Shown: positions 47,181-57,257, counted from the stretch's first letter. The stretch is DNA of 64,000 nucleotides from Dehalococcoidales bacterium (GCA_041652735.1 JBAZGT010000005.1:457-64456); one strand, 5' to 3'. Translations and numbers: made by a program. Notes: generated from the letters alone by a model not told the origin.

Positions 47181-47738
47181 TTATTTTTTTCTAGCCGGCT
47201 TGCTTTTAGAAGAGATTTTCTTAATAGACTTCTTTTTAGGACTTGTCTTTTTTACAGAAAGTTTTTTAGTTGAGATTTTTCGATTTTTAAGAGTAGGTTT
47301 TACGCGCGTTGTTTTTTTTGTTTTCGGGGATTTTTTCTTTGTAGTGGTTTTTGGGGGTGGATTTTCTTTATTGGTAGTGTTTTTTACCGATGTCTTTCTA
47401 GATTTTAAGCCTTTAACTGCATTATTTTTCACCAAAGTTTTTTTAGGTAGTCGATAGGCTATCTTTAACCTAAATGACTCTTTTGATATATGGTTAGCCT
47501 TACTATGGCAATTTGGGCATAACACAATCAAATTATGATAATTATCACTACCTCTGCTTGAAAAAGGAACGATATGGTGTATCTCTGCCTGTAATCCTCT
47601 CCCAATTATTTCATCACCACAATATTCGCATTTTCCACGTGCTACTCTGAGAAGATAGTTCCGGTCCCCAGGAGTCACTGACCGTCTCCTATTGCTACCC
47701 CAAAAATTGAAAATCATACTAGCTGTCTCAACCAGCAA
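47181..47738 (-). CDS. HNH endonuclease with a long Lys-rich (histone H1-like) C-terminal tail
   Basis: CEYCG...HHIVP...NYHNLIVLCPNCH is the HNH motif. The last 90 or so residues are about one third Lys (KKKSPKTKKTT...). The start is TTG at 47738 or ATG at 47717. Local GC is low. Confidence 0.75.
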   Translation of the reverse strand: MLVETASMIFNFWGSNRRRSVTPGDRNYLLRVARGKCEYCGDEIIGRGLQAEIHHIVPFSSRGSDNYHNLIVLCPNCHSKANHISKESFRLKIAYRLPKKTLVKNNAVKGLKSRKTSVKNTTNKENPPPKTTTKKKSPKTKKTTRVKPTLKNRKISTKKLSVKKTSPKKKSIKKISSKSKPARKK

Positions 47739-48474
47739 GAATTTGTGTAAATCTCCATTATTTGGTTAACCTAAAAAAAGAAGGACTATGTGCGTTTCTT
47801 TCCCGCATCACTCCTCTTCTTACGCCAGGATCCATCTTGATTTCGGGCTCTGGGTTGTTTGCCAACATGTGGTGCAGCTCTGCCAGCTCTCCTATCAGCC
47901 ATTTCCATCCCCCCTCTTTTTACTAAATTTAATACTACATTTATATTTTATTGTCAAGTACTTATTTCCAATACGTGCCCGGCTACATGTCCCGTTCCCC
48001 TACCGGTAACACTTCGTGCGCAATTTCAACTGCCATTTCTGTAAACTGATCATGATCTTGAGCCAGAGCTATGTAACCTTCTTTCATTTCTTCGTCATTC
48101 ATGTCACAGCCTCTTACCGTTTTCACAATCACTTAAGTAATTCCCGGTTGCCGTATTTTACAACAGACTCGCCCGTTTGACAATCAAGCCTACCCTCGTT
48201 CTACATAAGGGAATCTCCGCAGTTGTGGGCGGCCATGACATTCATTATCTTTGCCTGGTAATACTTTGTGGCCTGTTAGCATCATTTAAAGGGTCAGGAA
48301 GGACTCCGGTAAGGGAGGGCGGAGCCCTCCCCCCTAATCCTCCCCTCTCAAACAAATAAAACTCGGACTCCATAGATAATATGGTTTGAGAGGGGCAGGG
48401 GTGAGTAACGTAAATCAGGAGATAAATGGTATACCGTGACAAATCCCCCTTCCTTTTCTCCCCCCGCCCCTTTA

Positions 48475-48526
48475 TACTGATAACTGTAAACTGATAACTA
48501 TTAACTGTTAACTAATAACTATTAAC
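48475..48526. repeat. Word-repeat array (TAACTG / TAACTA words) next to CCCCCTTCCTTTTCTCCCCCCGCCCC
   Basis: Reads actgataactgtaaactgataactattaactgttaactaataactattaac. Confidence 0.7.
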
Positions 48527-48660
48527 TCACTTACCATAAACAAAAAAACAACTCTCCGGATTTTGTAGCTGATTTACCATAAACAGAAAAACAAATAGCT
48601 GAAGCTGCTCACACTCGGGTTTTAAGAAAAATATTTAAAAATCAAATAAACAAACCCCGT

Positions 48661-48689
48661 TTGACAATCCAGCCCGCGTAACATAGAAT
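48661..48689 (+). promoter_or_regulatory. Candidate promoter for tRNA-Pro (TTGACA-17-TAGAAT)
   Basis: Consensus -35, 17-nt spacer; the -10 ends about 35 nt before the tRNA. Confidence 0.5.
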
Positions 48690-48723
48690 TATTCAGGTTG
48701 TTTCTATCTGAAACAGCGTCTCA

Positions 48724-48802
48724 CGGGGCGTAGCGCAGCCTGGTTTAGCGCGTCTGAATGGGGTTCAGAAGGTCGGCAGTTCGAATCTGCCCGCCCCGAC
48801 CA
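48724..48802 (+). tRNA. tRNA-Pro (anticodon GGG), CCA encoded
   Basis: Manual cloverleaf: acceptor CGGGGCG/CGCCCCG, D stem GCGC/GCGC, anticodon stem TCTGA/TCAGA with loop A-T-GGG-G-T, T stem GGCAG/CTGCC with TTCGAAT loop, discriminator A. C1-G72 and G37 are typical of tRNA-Pro. Confidence 0.85.
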
Positions 48803-48820
48803 TACCTTCAACTGGTAGCT

Positions 48821-50170
48821 TCATTGGAGGTTAGCTATACCGCTCAGGTCGTAGACCATGGCGTTATTGATGCTCACGCTGATTATCTTCCCGGCAGGGA
48901 TTTCACCTTTGACTAACACCAGTCCGTCGACTTTAGGGGCGTCACGGTAGCTGCGCCCGACCGAGATGCCCTCCCCGGCGCCTTCAATTAGCACCTCCAG
49001 GTTGCGGCCGATGAACGCCTGGTTGTGCGTTAGAGAGATTTGCTGCTGCTTTTCCATCAGGCGTTGCAAGCGTTCTTCCTTTACCTCGTCCGGGATGGAA
49101 TCGCCCAGCGCCTCACTGGCGGTGCCCGGTTCGCAAGAGAACTTTAAAGCCCCCAGTTTGTCGAAGCGGACTTCTTCAATGAAATCGAGCAGGACCTGAA
49201 ATTCCTCTTCGGTCTCGCCGGGATAACCGACGATGAAAGTACTGCGCAGGGCAAGGTCGGGAATGGCTTGGCGCATTTTCCCCAGAGTCTTGTATACCTG
49301 GCCGGTGTTGGTCGGACGCCCCATCCGCCGTAGCACCGATGGGTGGGCGTGTTGCAGGGGCATGTCGAGGTAGGGCACTATTTGCTTGTGTGCAGCCATG
49401 ACCTCTATCAATTCATCGGTAACGTAGCCGGGATAAGCGTACATGACGCGGACCCAATCGATTTGAGGTATAGCGGCGGTCATTTCTGTGAGCAGGTGAG
49501 CCAGGCCGTTTTTCAAACCCAGGTCACTGCCGTAATCGGTGGTATTCTGGGCGATTAGGACGATCTCCCTTACGCCACTTGACTGCAATGAGACCGCTTC
49601 CGCGAGGATGGACGCCATCGGGCGGCTGACGGTGGGTCCTTTGATTAAAGGAATGGCGCAGAAGGCGCACTTACGGGAGCAGCCGTCGGCGATCTTTATA
49701 TAAGCGCTGGCGCCCTGCACCGAAACGCGCTGGACGCCGTGCTCGTCCCTGCCCACGGTGGCCGCATCGGATAGCTGATAGCGCGATTCGGGGAGATTAG
49801 CGCCGCTCAGGCTCTCGACTACATCGACAATATCCATCCAGCGGCGTGTGCCCAGGATGGCATCGATGCCGGGAACGCGGAGGGCGACTTCGCCGCCGTA
49901 GCGCTGTGTCAGGCAGCCTGCGGCGACCAGCACCTGGCCGCTCTTCTTTTTGGCCGCCAATCTGGCGAGCATGTCGTATGATTCCTCTTTGGCCGTGCTG
50001 ATAAAACCGCAGGTATTGACGATCAGGACTCGCGCCTGCCGCGGGTTGGCGACAAGCTCATAACCGGAAACGGTCAATAAGTGCGCCATGGAATCAGAGT
50101 CAACGGTATTCTTGTCACAGCCGAGGGATACGATGTGGAATGTTTTCTTGTTCATCCGGGAAGTTTTCAC
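48821..50170 (-). CDS. rimO: Ribosomal protein S12 methylthiotransferase (radical SAM MTTase with TRAM domain)
   Basis: 449 aa. N-terminal SLGCDKNTVDSD, radical-SAM CSRKCAFC, and a C-terminal TRAM-like domain. The RimO rather than MiaB call rests on the N-terminal motif. Alternative start at the ATG at 50155. Confidence 0.75.
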   Translation of the reverse strand: MKTSRMNKKTFHIVSLGCDKNTVDSDSMAHLLTVSGYELVANPRQARVLIVNTCGFISTAKEESYDMLARLAAKKKSGQVLVAAGCLTQRYGGEVALRVPGIDAILGTRRWMDIVDVVESLSGANLPESRYQLSDAATVGRDEHGVQRVSVQGASAYIKIADGCSRKCAFCAIPLIKGPTVSRPMASILAEAVSLQSSGVREIVLIAQNTTDYGSDLGLKNGLAHLLTEMTAAIPQIDWVRVMYAYPGYVTDELIEVMAAHKQIVPYLDMPLQHAHPSVLRRMGRPTNTGQVYKTLGKMRQAIPDLALRSTFIVGYPGETEEEFQVLLDFIEEVRFDKLGALKFSCEPGTASEALGDSIPDEVKEERLQRLMEKQQQISLTHNQAFIGRNLEVLIEGAGEGISVGRSYRDAPKVDGLVLVKGEIPAGKIISVSINNAMVYDLSGIANLQ

Positions 50171-50346
50171 CTTATCAGGATTTCTACCATCAACGGAGCT
50201 GATGGATTAACAACCTGCTGCTTAAAAAAGATTGAAAAATGGAGGCAGAAATGCCGCCCCCCTTTTATCGCAATTTCTACTCACTAATTCAGCTTAGCCA
50301 ATATTTAGCCGGGGGGGGGCCGGAAGACCCCTGCCCCCTGCAATAA

Positions 50347-51174
50347 TTACCATTCATTCTTTTCTGAACTGTAGTACATCCCGGAAGGACTGGCGGTAAA
50401 AGCCAGAGTAGGTTTTTTTATCTCGAGGAATTTCCAGGGACAATGCATCACATGAGCGGGAATACAGACCAGTGCGCTCTTGTTGATATAGTGGGTTTCG
50501 CCTCCCAGGTCAACGCTAAAAGTACCGCCCACATCATAGGGATGCTCCGGGTCGCATCCCGTCATGACCATGAGTTCCGGCCATTCATGGTCGTGCACTC
50601 CCATTGGAGCTTGACCGTAGCCTTCGTAAAACCAGACAAAATCCACGTAAAACGAGCCTTTGGCAATATCATCCTCCATGTGGAGCAGACGCGCCCCTTT
50701 CATCGTCATTTTAGACGTAGCCGGAGGTTGTACCGCTTTCTCTTTGGTCTCGGATACGATGGTGTACCGGGGCAGATTCGGGTCTCTCTTCACCTTGGGG
50801 TCGGGGCGAACACCCATGGAAGTGTAAAAGATGGGATGCTCCATATGATTAATCCGGACCGGCCCGAAAGGAACGCCCGCGGGGACGAATACCAGGCTGC
50901 TCTTCTTCAGGATATTCTTTTTGCCGTCAATCCAGGCGGTTATTTCTCCGGCGAGGCTGAACGGGTCTTCCGGATCGGCGCCTACCAGGCCGATGACCTG
51001 GTTTTCGGCACTAATCCGGGTGCCGTCAACCATCTGGTCAGGTTGGCTGCGCCAAAACCAGGTGCAGTCCACGGACATGAAGTCCGGAAGGCGGTTTTGG
51101 TCTACCTTCATGACATGGGTGGACTCAAACCCGGTATCGGTGATAATACGGTCGGCATACTTCAAGTAAGACAC
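50347..51174 (-). CDS. Bicupin-like protein (two copies of the window cupin module)
   Basis: 275 aa. The C-terminal module is HDHEWPELMVMTGCDPEHPYDVGGTFSVDLGGETHYINKSALVCIPAHVMHCP. The N-terminal module lacks the HxH. Confidence 0.6.
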   Translation of the reverse strand: MSYLKYADRIITDTGFESTHVMKVDQNRLPDFMSVDCTWFWRSQPDQMVDGTRISAENQVIGLVGADPEDPFSLAGEITAWIDGKKNILKKSSLVFVPAGVPFGPVRINHMEHPIFYTSMGVRPDPKVKRDPNLPRYTIVSETKEKAVQPPATSKMTMKGARLLHMEDDIAKGSFYVDFVWFYEGYGQAPMGVHDHEWPELMVMTGCDPEHPYDVGGTFSVDLGGETHYINKSALVCIPAHVMHCPWKFLEIKKPTLAFTASPSGMYYSSEKNEW

Positions 51175-51870
51175 TTTATTCCCCCTTACTTTTCACTAAG
51201 TAGATTATAGCAACCCCGGGCAAAGGATGCTATGGTCAATCCGTCCGCCGGTATTATAATCGATAAGCTTACCTATAAAAACCCGGTAAAAACCTCAAAT
51301 ACTGTATCCGCGGGAAAAAGACCTGGACTTTGCTGCTCCGGATTAATTGCCGGTGCGACTGGCGCTGCGATGAGGAAATCCCCGTCTTAATGCCAATTAT
51401 TTGAAAAACCTTGATAATAGATTACTTTAGTTCTAAAATGGTGATAATCGGTAGACAAAAGCTAGAGTAGTTCACGGCTAATCGTGCGATATTTAGTCTG
51501 TGGCCTTTTTTATTGGATACAACTCAAGGCTAATCCGTGACCGTGTGTTTCAATAATTCTTGTTATGTGGCGGTGATTGCCTAGAGCGCTCAATATTAAA
51601 CTCTCTAGATACGTTCCCGCGCCGGGCTCCAGCTTGAACGGGTAGAACATCTACTAGTAGAATCAATGGCTCCAGCGTTCCAGAAAACAAGAGCCTTGTT
51701 ATATAGACATGGTCGGATAACCGGGCCGCCGTAAAGGGCAGCTCATATAAAACAAACACATGGGATTACATCAAGCCGGGAATGCGGGGAGGCCTGGTTT
51801 GCCGGAGATTTTTAGTAACTGCGGACACCAGGGTTATATTTTTGTAAATTAATAAAAAGAGAGGTATAAA

Positions 51871-53646
51871 ATGTTAACCGGTAAGACTTTCGTAGACCCG
51901 CTGGAAATGCCATTCTCAAGGAGGGGTTCCTATCTCTGCTTCGCCAACAAGAACGGCGGCAGCAATGAGTACGGTAAGGCGCAGCTATGGCTCTCCACCG
52001 CCAGGCTGCGCGCAGGTGACAGAAATAGCGGCAGCTTGATGCACGGCAATAACTTCCGGCAGCTTCAGCTGGAGATTATCAAGGACGGTCTCCCCAGGCA
52101 GTGTGTTATCTCCACCACGCCCTACGAGCTCAAGCTGGAGTGTCTGTTCGGCAGCGTCAGCTTTTGCATCGGCGATGTTAAGTACGCGAAATGCAAAAGC
52201 ACCGACGGGCTGACGCTAAGGATTTCCCCGGCCGCGGGCGCCGGCATGCTGGGAGGCCCGGCCGCTTTTAACCTGCTTGACGGCTCGTGGAAGATGAATT
52301 TCAGCAACTACTTCATGATATTTGTCCCGACAACCGGGAAAATACAGGAAGGGCCGATGGGCTCAATCGAGCTGGTGCCGGACGCCAACGGCGTGATTGA
52401 AATGGCGATGGAGGAGTCGCTGGTCGACCCCAAGCGGCGCGCTTCATATCTCACTTACGAAGAAGGTGTAGCGGCGGTAAAGGCCGATTTTGATGATTAC
52501 GTAAAACGTGTCGCCCCGTCATTCCCCCCCAAATACGAAAAACGCGGCATGCACGCGCTTTGGACGCTTTGGGGATTGACCGTTATGCCGGACGGCGAAA
52601 CCGTATATAAGCACCCGATGGTCAAGATGAACCGTTCAAGTTTCGAGGCGGCGTTCTCCTGGCAGCAGGGGATGCAGGCGATGTTCCTTTCACATGACCT
52701 CAGGCTGGCGTGGGAAATATTGCTTTCATGCTTCGATAAACAGGACCGCACCGGGCGTATTGCCGACTCGCTGGCGTACAACGGGTCCGGTGAGACGATG
52801 AAGCCGCCGATTCAGGGCGTGGCGCTCTTGTGGCTCATGGAGCACCGCGACATCTCCGGGATGCCGAAGGCGGAGATGGAGCACCTGTGGGACGGTATGG
52901 AAAAGTGGACGAAGTTCCACCTTGAATACCGGGACCTCGACCATGACGGTATCTTTGAGAACCACAGCCCGGTAGAGACCGGCTGGGAGGACGGCTCTTA
53001 TTTCAGGGTCGGCTTCCCGCTCGCCAGTCCGGATATGAACGCGTTTCTCGCCCTTCAGGAGGAGGCGCTGGCCAAGCTCGGCAGGCTCATCGGGAAGAGC
53101 GCGGACGTATGCAGTTACTGGGAAGCGAAATCTAAAGATACCGTAAAGAAGATCATAGAAATGTTCTGGACGAATGACGGCTGGACAGCGGTGAATGTCG
53201 TGACGAAAGCACGTTCGAAGTCCACGGGTATGCCGCTTTACTGCGCCTTGCTGCTCGGCAAACGGCTGCCGCAGGCAATCATCGACCGGTCCATAGAGAT
53301 CATATACAGCAAGCCCGGCTTCGATACTCCTTTCGGGCTGGCTTCTGAAATGCTTGATAGTCCGTATTTCAGGCATGGCTGGTGCTCGGGCAGCATCGGG
53401 ACGCCTATTCAGGCATTGATGGCCATCGCCTTTGAAAACTGCGGCAGGCCTGACCTGGCACGCTCGCTGGCCAAGAAATATCTTGACACAATGATCAATC
53501 ACGGGCTCTACCATATACACGATACATATACCGGCGAGATGGAGTACCGGCACGGCGGGATGAAGTTCTTCGGGGAGGAGGCGTTCTTCAACTCCGGCTG
53601 GACGTCAGGTAACTACGTATTCTTCGCCGAACACTATGGCGATTGA
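51871..53646 (+). CDS. (alpha/alpha)6-barrel glycoside hydrolase, GH63/MGH1-like
   Basis: 591 aa. ETGWEDGSYF, DMNAFLALQEEALAKL and a C-terminal GLASE...WCSGSIGTPIQALM resemble trehalase/GH63-type six-hairpin glycosidases. Family call is from memory only. Confidence 0.5.
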   Translation: MLTGKTFVDPLEMPFSRRGSYLCFANKNGGSNEYGKAQLWLSTARLRAGDRNSGSLMHGNNFRQLQLEIIKDGLPRQCVISTTPYELKLECLFGSVSFCIGDVKYAKCKSTDGLTLRISPAAGAGMLGGPAAFNLLDGSWKMNFSNYFMIFVPTTGKIQEGPMGSIELVPDANGVIEMAMEESLVDPKRRASYLTYEEGVAAVKADFDDYVKRVAPSFPPKYEKRGMHALWTLWGLTVMPDGETVYKHPMVKMNRSSFEAAFSWQQGMQAMFLSHDLRLAWEILLSCFDKQDRTGRIADSLAYNGSGETMKPPIQGVALLWLMEHRDISGMPKAEMEHLWDGMEKWTKFHLEYRDLDHDGIFENHSPVETGWEDGSYFRVGFPLASPDMNAFLALQEEALAKLGRLIGKSADVCSYWEAKSKDTVKKIIEMFWTNDGWTAVNVVTKARSKSTGMPLYCALLLGKRLPQAIIDRSIEIIYSKPGFDTPFGLASEMLDSPYFRHGWCSGSIGTPIQALMAIAFENCGRPDLARSLAKKYLDTMINHGLYHIHDTYTGEMEYRHGGMKFFGEEAFFNSGWTSGNYVFFAEHYGD

Positions 53647-53816
53647 GAGAAATACTGGAAAGCAGTAAGCTAAAAGGATTTCTTAGGTCTGCTTTTTGGT
53701 AATAAATAAACACCACTGACGGCTGAGCAAATTTCAGCCTGACTCAAACCGTAACCGGCGGCAGAGAGCGCTTCCCCCGCTCTCTGCCGTGCATGGTCAG
53801 GGAGGAGTTGAAGCAC

Positions 53817-53939
53817 ATGGCAAGAAAATATCCGCGCCCGTTTTCTCCCTTTAAAATCAGAAATACCGCCTTTAAAAACCGGGTTATCGCGTCTCCCCTC
53901 GGCGCCTGGACATTATCTCCCTCAAATTATCGACCGTAA
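53817..53939 (+). pseudogene. Remnant of the N-terminus of an Old Yellow Enzyme-type NADH:flavin oxidoreductase (40 codons)
   Basis: MARKYPRPFSPFKIRNTAFKNRVIASPLG matches the typical OYE start (LFSP.KIG...KNRIV.APM) and then stops. No continuation in other frames was seen. Confidence 0.35.
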
Positions 53940-54095
53940 CATGCCCATACTCACGCCGCACCCGGTAAAATGCCGCATCCGCCGGCGGCTTTTCTTTCCC
54001 CTGAGGCGGCGCGACTTTTTATACTAAATTGAATTTGAGACCGTATTATGTTTAAATAAAAGCAACAAAAAATTCTGGGCAATCAATAGAAGGAG

Positions 54096-54569
54096 ATGAA
54101 AATGGCCGAAGGTAAATATGACAAGTATTTCTTAAAAGAACCGTGGGGAATAATTCATCCGGGGACTCCCCCCGATGCGCCGGTATATATAGGAATAGGC
54201 CAGCATGAACGCGTTAAAGGGTGGGATGAGCCCCTGGTACAGGTGCTGCGCCCCATTTACCAGCCCTTTTTTATGATACAGCAATCACATCAGCACGCCG
54301 TGGCTGAAATCCTGTATTTTATCGGCGGGAACCCGATGAATTTTAAGGAATTCGGGGCCGAGGTGGAGTTTACGGTTGGTGAAGGTAAAGACGCGGAAAA
54401 ACATGTTATAACGAATACCACCTGGGTATATGTACCGGGGAACGTACCGCATTGCCCGCTTAATTTCAAGAGAGTGGATAAGCCGATCATGTTCGGGCAT
54501 ATCATGTTCGCGGAATCTTTCGATTCCGTTATCATCGGCCAAAACTTTACCAAACCTGACAAAAAATAA
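54096..54569 (+). CDS. Cupin-like protein, single domain (window paralog family)
   Basis: 157 aa. Starts MKMAEGKYDKYFLKEPWG; core SHQHAVAEILYFIGGNPMNFKEFGAEVEFTVGEG..KHVI..TWVYVPGNVPHCP. The ATG at 54102 has better RBS spacing. Confidence 0.6.
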   Translation: MKMAEGKYDKYFLKEPWGIIHPGTPPDAPVYIGIGQHERVKGWDEPLVQVLRPIYQPFFMIQQSHQHAVAEILYFIGGNPMNFKEFGAEVEFTVGEGKDAEKHVITNTTWVYVPGNVPHCPLNFKRVDKPIMFGHIMFAESFDSVIIGQNFTKPDKK

Positions 54570-54727
54570 AGCAATCTGCCATGAGTAAAGATACGGGGCC
54601 GGCTGCATAGCAAGATTATTTACGGTTTTGCTGTTTTCACAGCCGGTCCAATTGCTGACACGCCACCCAGGAAGGCGGAGGTGAACACCCTCCGCCTTTT
54701 TATTTGACTCAAATGGGAGCGGTTCAA

Positions 54728-55699
54728 TTACTTTTTCGTTTCCGACCACATCTGGGCGTTGCCGATGGTGAAAAGGAGCACCGGCTGTTTGATGTTCTTG
54801 AACTCGATGGGGCAATGGGCCACGCCCCCCGGCAGGTAAACCAGCGCGCTCTGCTTGATGTCATACCGCTCATCGCCCATTTCTATGGACACGTCCCCGT
54901 CTATAGCGCGGGGGTTTTCCCGCCCGCACCCCCCTACAAACCCTATCATCTCATCCCATGCATGGGCGTGCTTGTGGGTCATGGACATATCCCCGCTCCA
55001 TACCCAGACGAAGTCCACATAAAAAGCCCCGGGGGATGCCTCGTTGTCCAGCGATACTACCTGCGTGGTTTTTACATTCTGCGGGGGCGGGGGCATCTTG
55101 GGCGCGTCCTTGGGCGCGTGCGATTTCGGCTGAGTGATGATGTAGCGGGCGTAGCGGCTGCCGTTGGCGTCTTTGGGCGGCGCCTTGAAGTCCGGTATCT
55201 TTACCTTGGCGGCGTCCTCCGGCTTCATATTGTCCGACCGCCTTCCGTAGCGGCTGATGGGCGCCAGCGTGAAGAAAAAGACCGGCCGGTTGACCTCCAG
55301 GAAGGTCAAAGGGCAGTGTTTCATGCCCGCCGGCACGTGTATCAGGCAGCTTTTGGTCAGGTAATGCTTCTCGTCGCCCAGGTTGATTTCCATCCTCGCG
55401 TCAAGCTCTTTCGGGTTGTCCGGGTCGGAGCTGATGAATCCTATCACCTCATCGAACGCGTGGGCATGCGGCTCTTCCATCGTGCCGGAGGTAGTCTTGC
55501 CGCCCCACAGCCAGATGCACTCCATGTAAAAGTTGGCGTTTTTTACCTTCTCGTCGTCCATCCAGAGCAGGCGGGTAGATTCGACGGTTGTCTCGACGGG
55601 ATTGGCTTTCATCATTTCCTGCATCATGGCTACTTCTTGCGGGGTGTATTCCCTGGTATCCGTGACGATGTTTTTGGCGTAGCGCAGTTGGGGCATCAT
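54728..55699 (-). CDS. Bicupin-like protein (two complete copies of the window cupin module)
   Basis: 323 aa. The modules are PHAHAFDEVIGFISSDPDNPKELDARMEINLGDEKHYL...VPAGMKHCP and KHAHAWDEMIGFVGGCGRENPRAIDGDVSIEMGDERYDI...LPGGVAHCP. Confidence 0.6.
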   Translation of the reverse strand: MMPQLRYAKNIVTDTREYTPQEVAMMQEMMKANPVETTVESTRLLWMDDEKVKNANFYMECIWLWGGKTTSGTMEEPHAHAFDEVIGFISSDPDNPKELDARMEINLGDEKHYLTKSCLIHVPAGMKHCPLTFLEVNRPVFFFTLAPISRYGRRSDNMKPEDAAKVKIPDFKAPPKDANGSRYARYIITQPKSHAPKDAPKMPPPPQNVKTTQVVSLDNEASPGAFYVDFVWVWSGDMSMTHKHAHAWDEMIGFVGGCGRENPRAIDGDVSIEMGDERYDIKQSALVYLPGGVAHCPIEFKNIKQPVLLFTIGNAQMWSETKK

Positions 55700-55953
55700 T
55701 TTCTCCTTCAGTTGTTAATTCTTGTTATTATATACTAAATGTACTATTAAGTAGCAAGAATATTCAGAAATAATAATAGTACCCGGATTACGGGAGGGCC
55801 GGCAGCCTTGTTTTCTCACGGGCGAAGGTATCCAGGTATAGAGAAAACAGGGTTTATCTAAAGCGGAAATGACAGCTGTTCCTAACCTTATGCCTGGTTG
55901 GTGCGTTATACATCATGGACGTAAAACTGAATAATACCGGGGAGGTATAAAAC

Positions 55954-57231
55954 ATGAAAAAGACGTTATTGCTGGTATTGATGGTTCTGGTGCTGGCCCT
56001 GCCGCTGGCGGCCTGTGCCCAGCCGGGGGTGGTGGGGATACTGAAATCCGATAAAGCGCGGATAACCTCGCCGGCGGTCAGCGCCGCGGATGAAGCGTTG
56101 CTGGTGCAGGGCAACAGCGCTTTCGCCTTTGACCTCTATCAAATCCTTAAAGAAAAGGGCGGCAACCTCTTCTATTCTCCCTACAGCCTTTCCCTGGCCC
56201 TGGCGATGACCTATGCCGGCGCGCGCGGCGATACAGCGCAAGAGATGGCGGATACCCTGCATTTCCTCCTTTCCCAGGACAGCCTCCACCCGGCCTTCAA
56301 CGACCTTGATTTGTTGCTGGCCAGCCGCGGAGAGGGCGCCCGGGGCAAAGACGACGCAGGCTTCCGGCTGAACGTGGTCAACGCTATCTGGGGGCAAAAA
56401 GACTACACCTTTTTACCGGCATTTTTAGACTTGCTGGCGCAGGACTACGGCGCCGGTATGAGGATACTGGACTTTATTAAAGCAACGGAACAGTCCCGCG
56501 TGACCATTAACGACTGGGTCAGCGAGCAGACGGAAGGGCGCATTAAAGACCTTATCCCGCCGGGCGCTATAGACGGGCTGACGCGTCTAGTGCTGACCAA
56601 CGCCATCTACTTCAACGCCGCCTGGAAAAATCCCTTTAACGAGGATGCCACCGCGGACGGCGTTTTCCACCTGCTGGACGGCGGGCAGGTCACCGTGCCG
56701 CTGATGCACCAGACGGAGTCCTACCGCTATAACGCGGGAGAAGGGTACCAGGCGGTGGATCTGCCCTATGACGGCGGCGAGCTTTCCATGGTTATCCTCC
56801 TGCCGGAAGACGGACAGTTCGCGGCTTTTGAAGATGCCATGACCGCGGCGCAGGTAAAGTCCATCATCAAAGGGATGGACTACACTGATGTGGCCGTGAC
56901 CATGCCCAAATTCGAGTTCGACTCCGAGTTCAGTCTGGTTGACACCCTGGTCGCTATGGGTATGCCGCTGGCCTTCTCCGGTGAAGCTGATTTCTCCGGG
57001 ATGACCGGCAACCGCGACCTGTTTATCGGCGATGTGCTGCACAAGGCCTTCGTCTCCGTGGATGAAAACGGTACCGAGGCGGCCGCCGCCTCCGCGGTGA
57101 TTATGAAAGCCTCCGGGATGCCGGCGGAACCGGTGGCGTTTACCCTGGACCGTCCCTTTATCTTCCTGATTCGTGATATTGGCACGGGCGCTGTTCTCTT
57201 CATCGGGCGCGTATTGAATCCCGCGGCCTAA
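55954..57231 (+). CDS. Serpin family protease inhibitor with a lipoprotein signal peptide
   Basis: 425 aa. Lipobox LPLAAC; serpin body (NAIYFNAAWKNPF); hinge and reactive-centre loop GTEAAAASAVIMKASGMPAEP; C-terminal FTLDRPFIFLIRD. Confidence 0.85.
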   Translation: MKKTLLLVLMVLVLALPLAACAQPGVVGILKSDKARITSPAVSAADEALLVQGNSAFAFDLYQILKEKGGNLFYSPYSLSLALAMTYAGARGDTAQEMADTLHFLLSQDSLHPAFNDLDLLLASRGEGARGKDDAGFRLNVVNAIWGQKDYTFLPAFLDLLAQDYGAGMRILDFIKATEQSRVTINDWVSEQTEGRIKDLIPPGAIDGLTRLVLTNAIYFNAAWKNPFNEDATADGVFHLLDGGQVTVPLMHQTESYRYNAGEGYQAVDLPYDGGELSMVILLPEDGQFAAFEDAMTAAQVKSIIKGMDYTDVAVTMPKFEFDSEFSLVDTLVAMGMPLAFSGEADFSGMTGNRDLFIGDVLHKAFVSVDENGTEAAAASAVIMKASGMPAEPVAFTLDRPFIFLIRDIGTGAVLFIGRVLNPAA

Positions 57232-57257
57232 GCCTCCGCGGGGTGGCCAAAAACAGG

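Noticed and set aside
47161-47457. 98-aa Phe-rich ORF on the plus strand.
   Set aside because: It is the antisense of the Lys-rich (AAA/AAG) tail of the HNH gene. Poly-Phe/Leu/Val composition is the mirror-image artefact.
48190-48440. SRP RNA or another structured ncRNA downstream of the duplicated promoter copy.
   Set aside because: GGGTCAGGAAGGACTCCGG superficially recalls SRP domain IV, but the GGAA tetraloop/GAAGCAGC core is absent. Most of the segment is family-B hairpin repeats.
47739-48720. Integrase or prophage remnant at the tRNA-Pro locus.
   Set aside because: No integrase-like or phage-like ORF can be read in any frame, and no duplication of the tRNA 3' end was seen. Only the HNH gene, micro-ORFs and repeats are present.
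53755-53790. 12-bp-stem hairpin CGGCAGAGAGCG...CGCTCTCTGCCG as the terminator of the glycosidase gene.
   Set aside because: The structure is real, but it lies about 110 nt past the stop and lacks a T-run. Its function is unclear, so it is not listed as a terminator.
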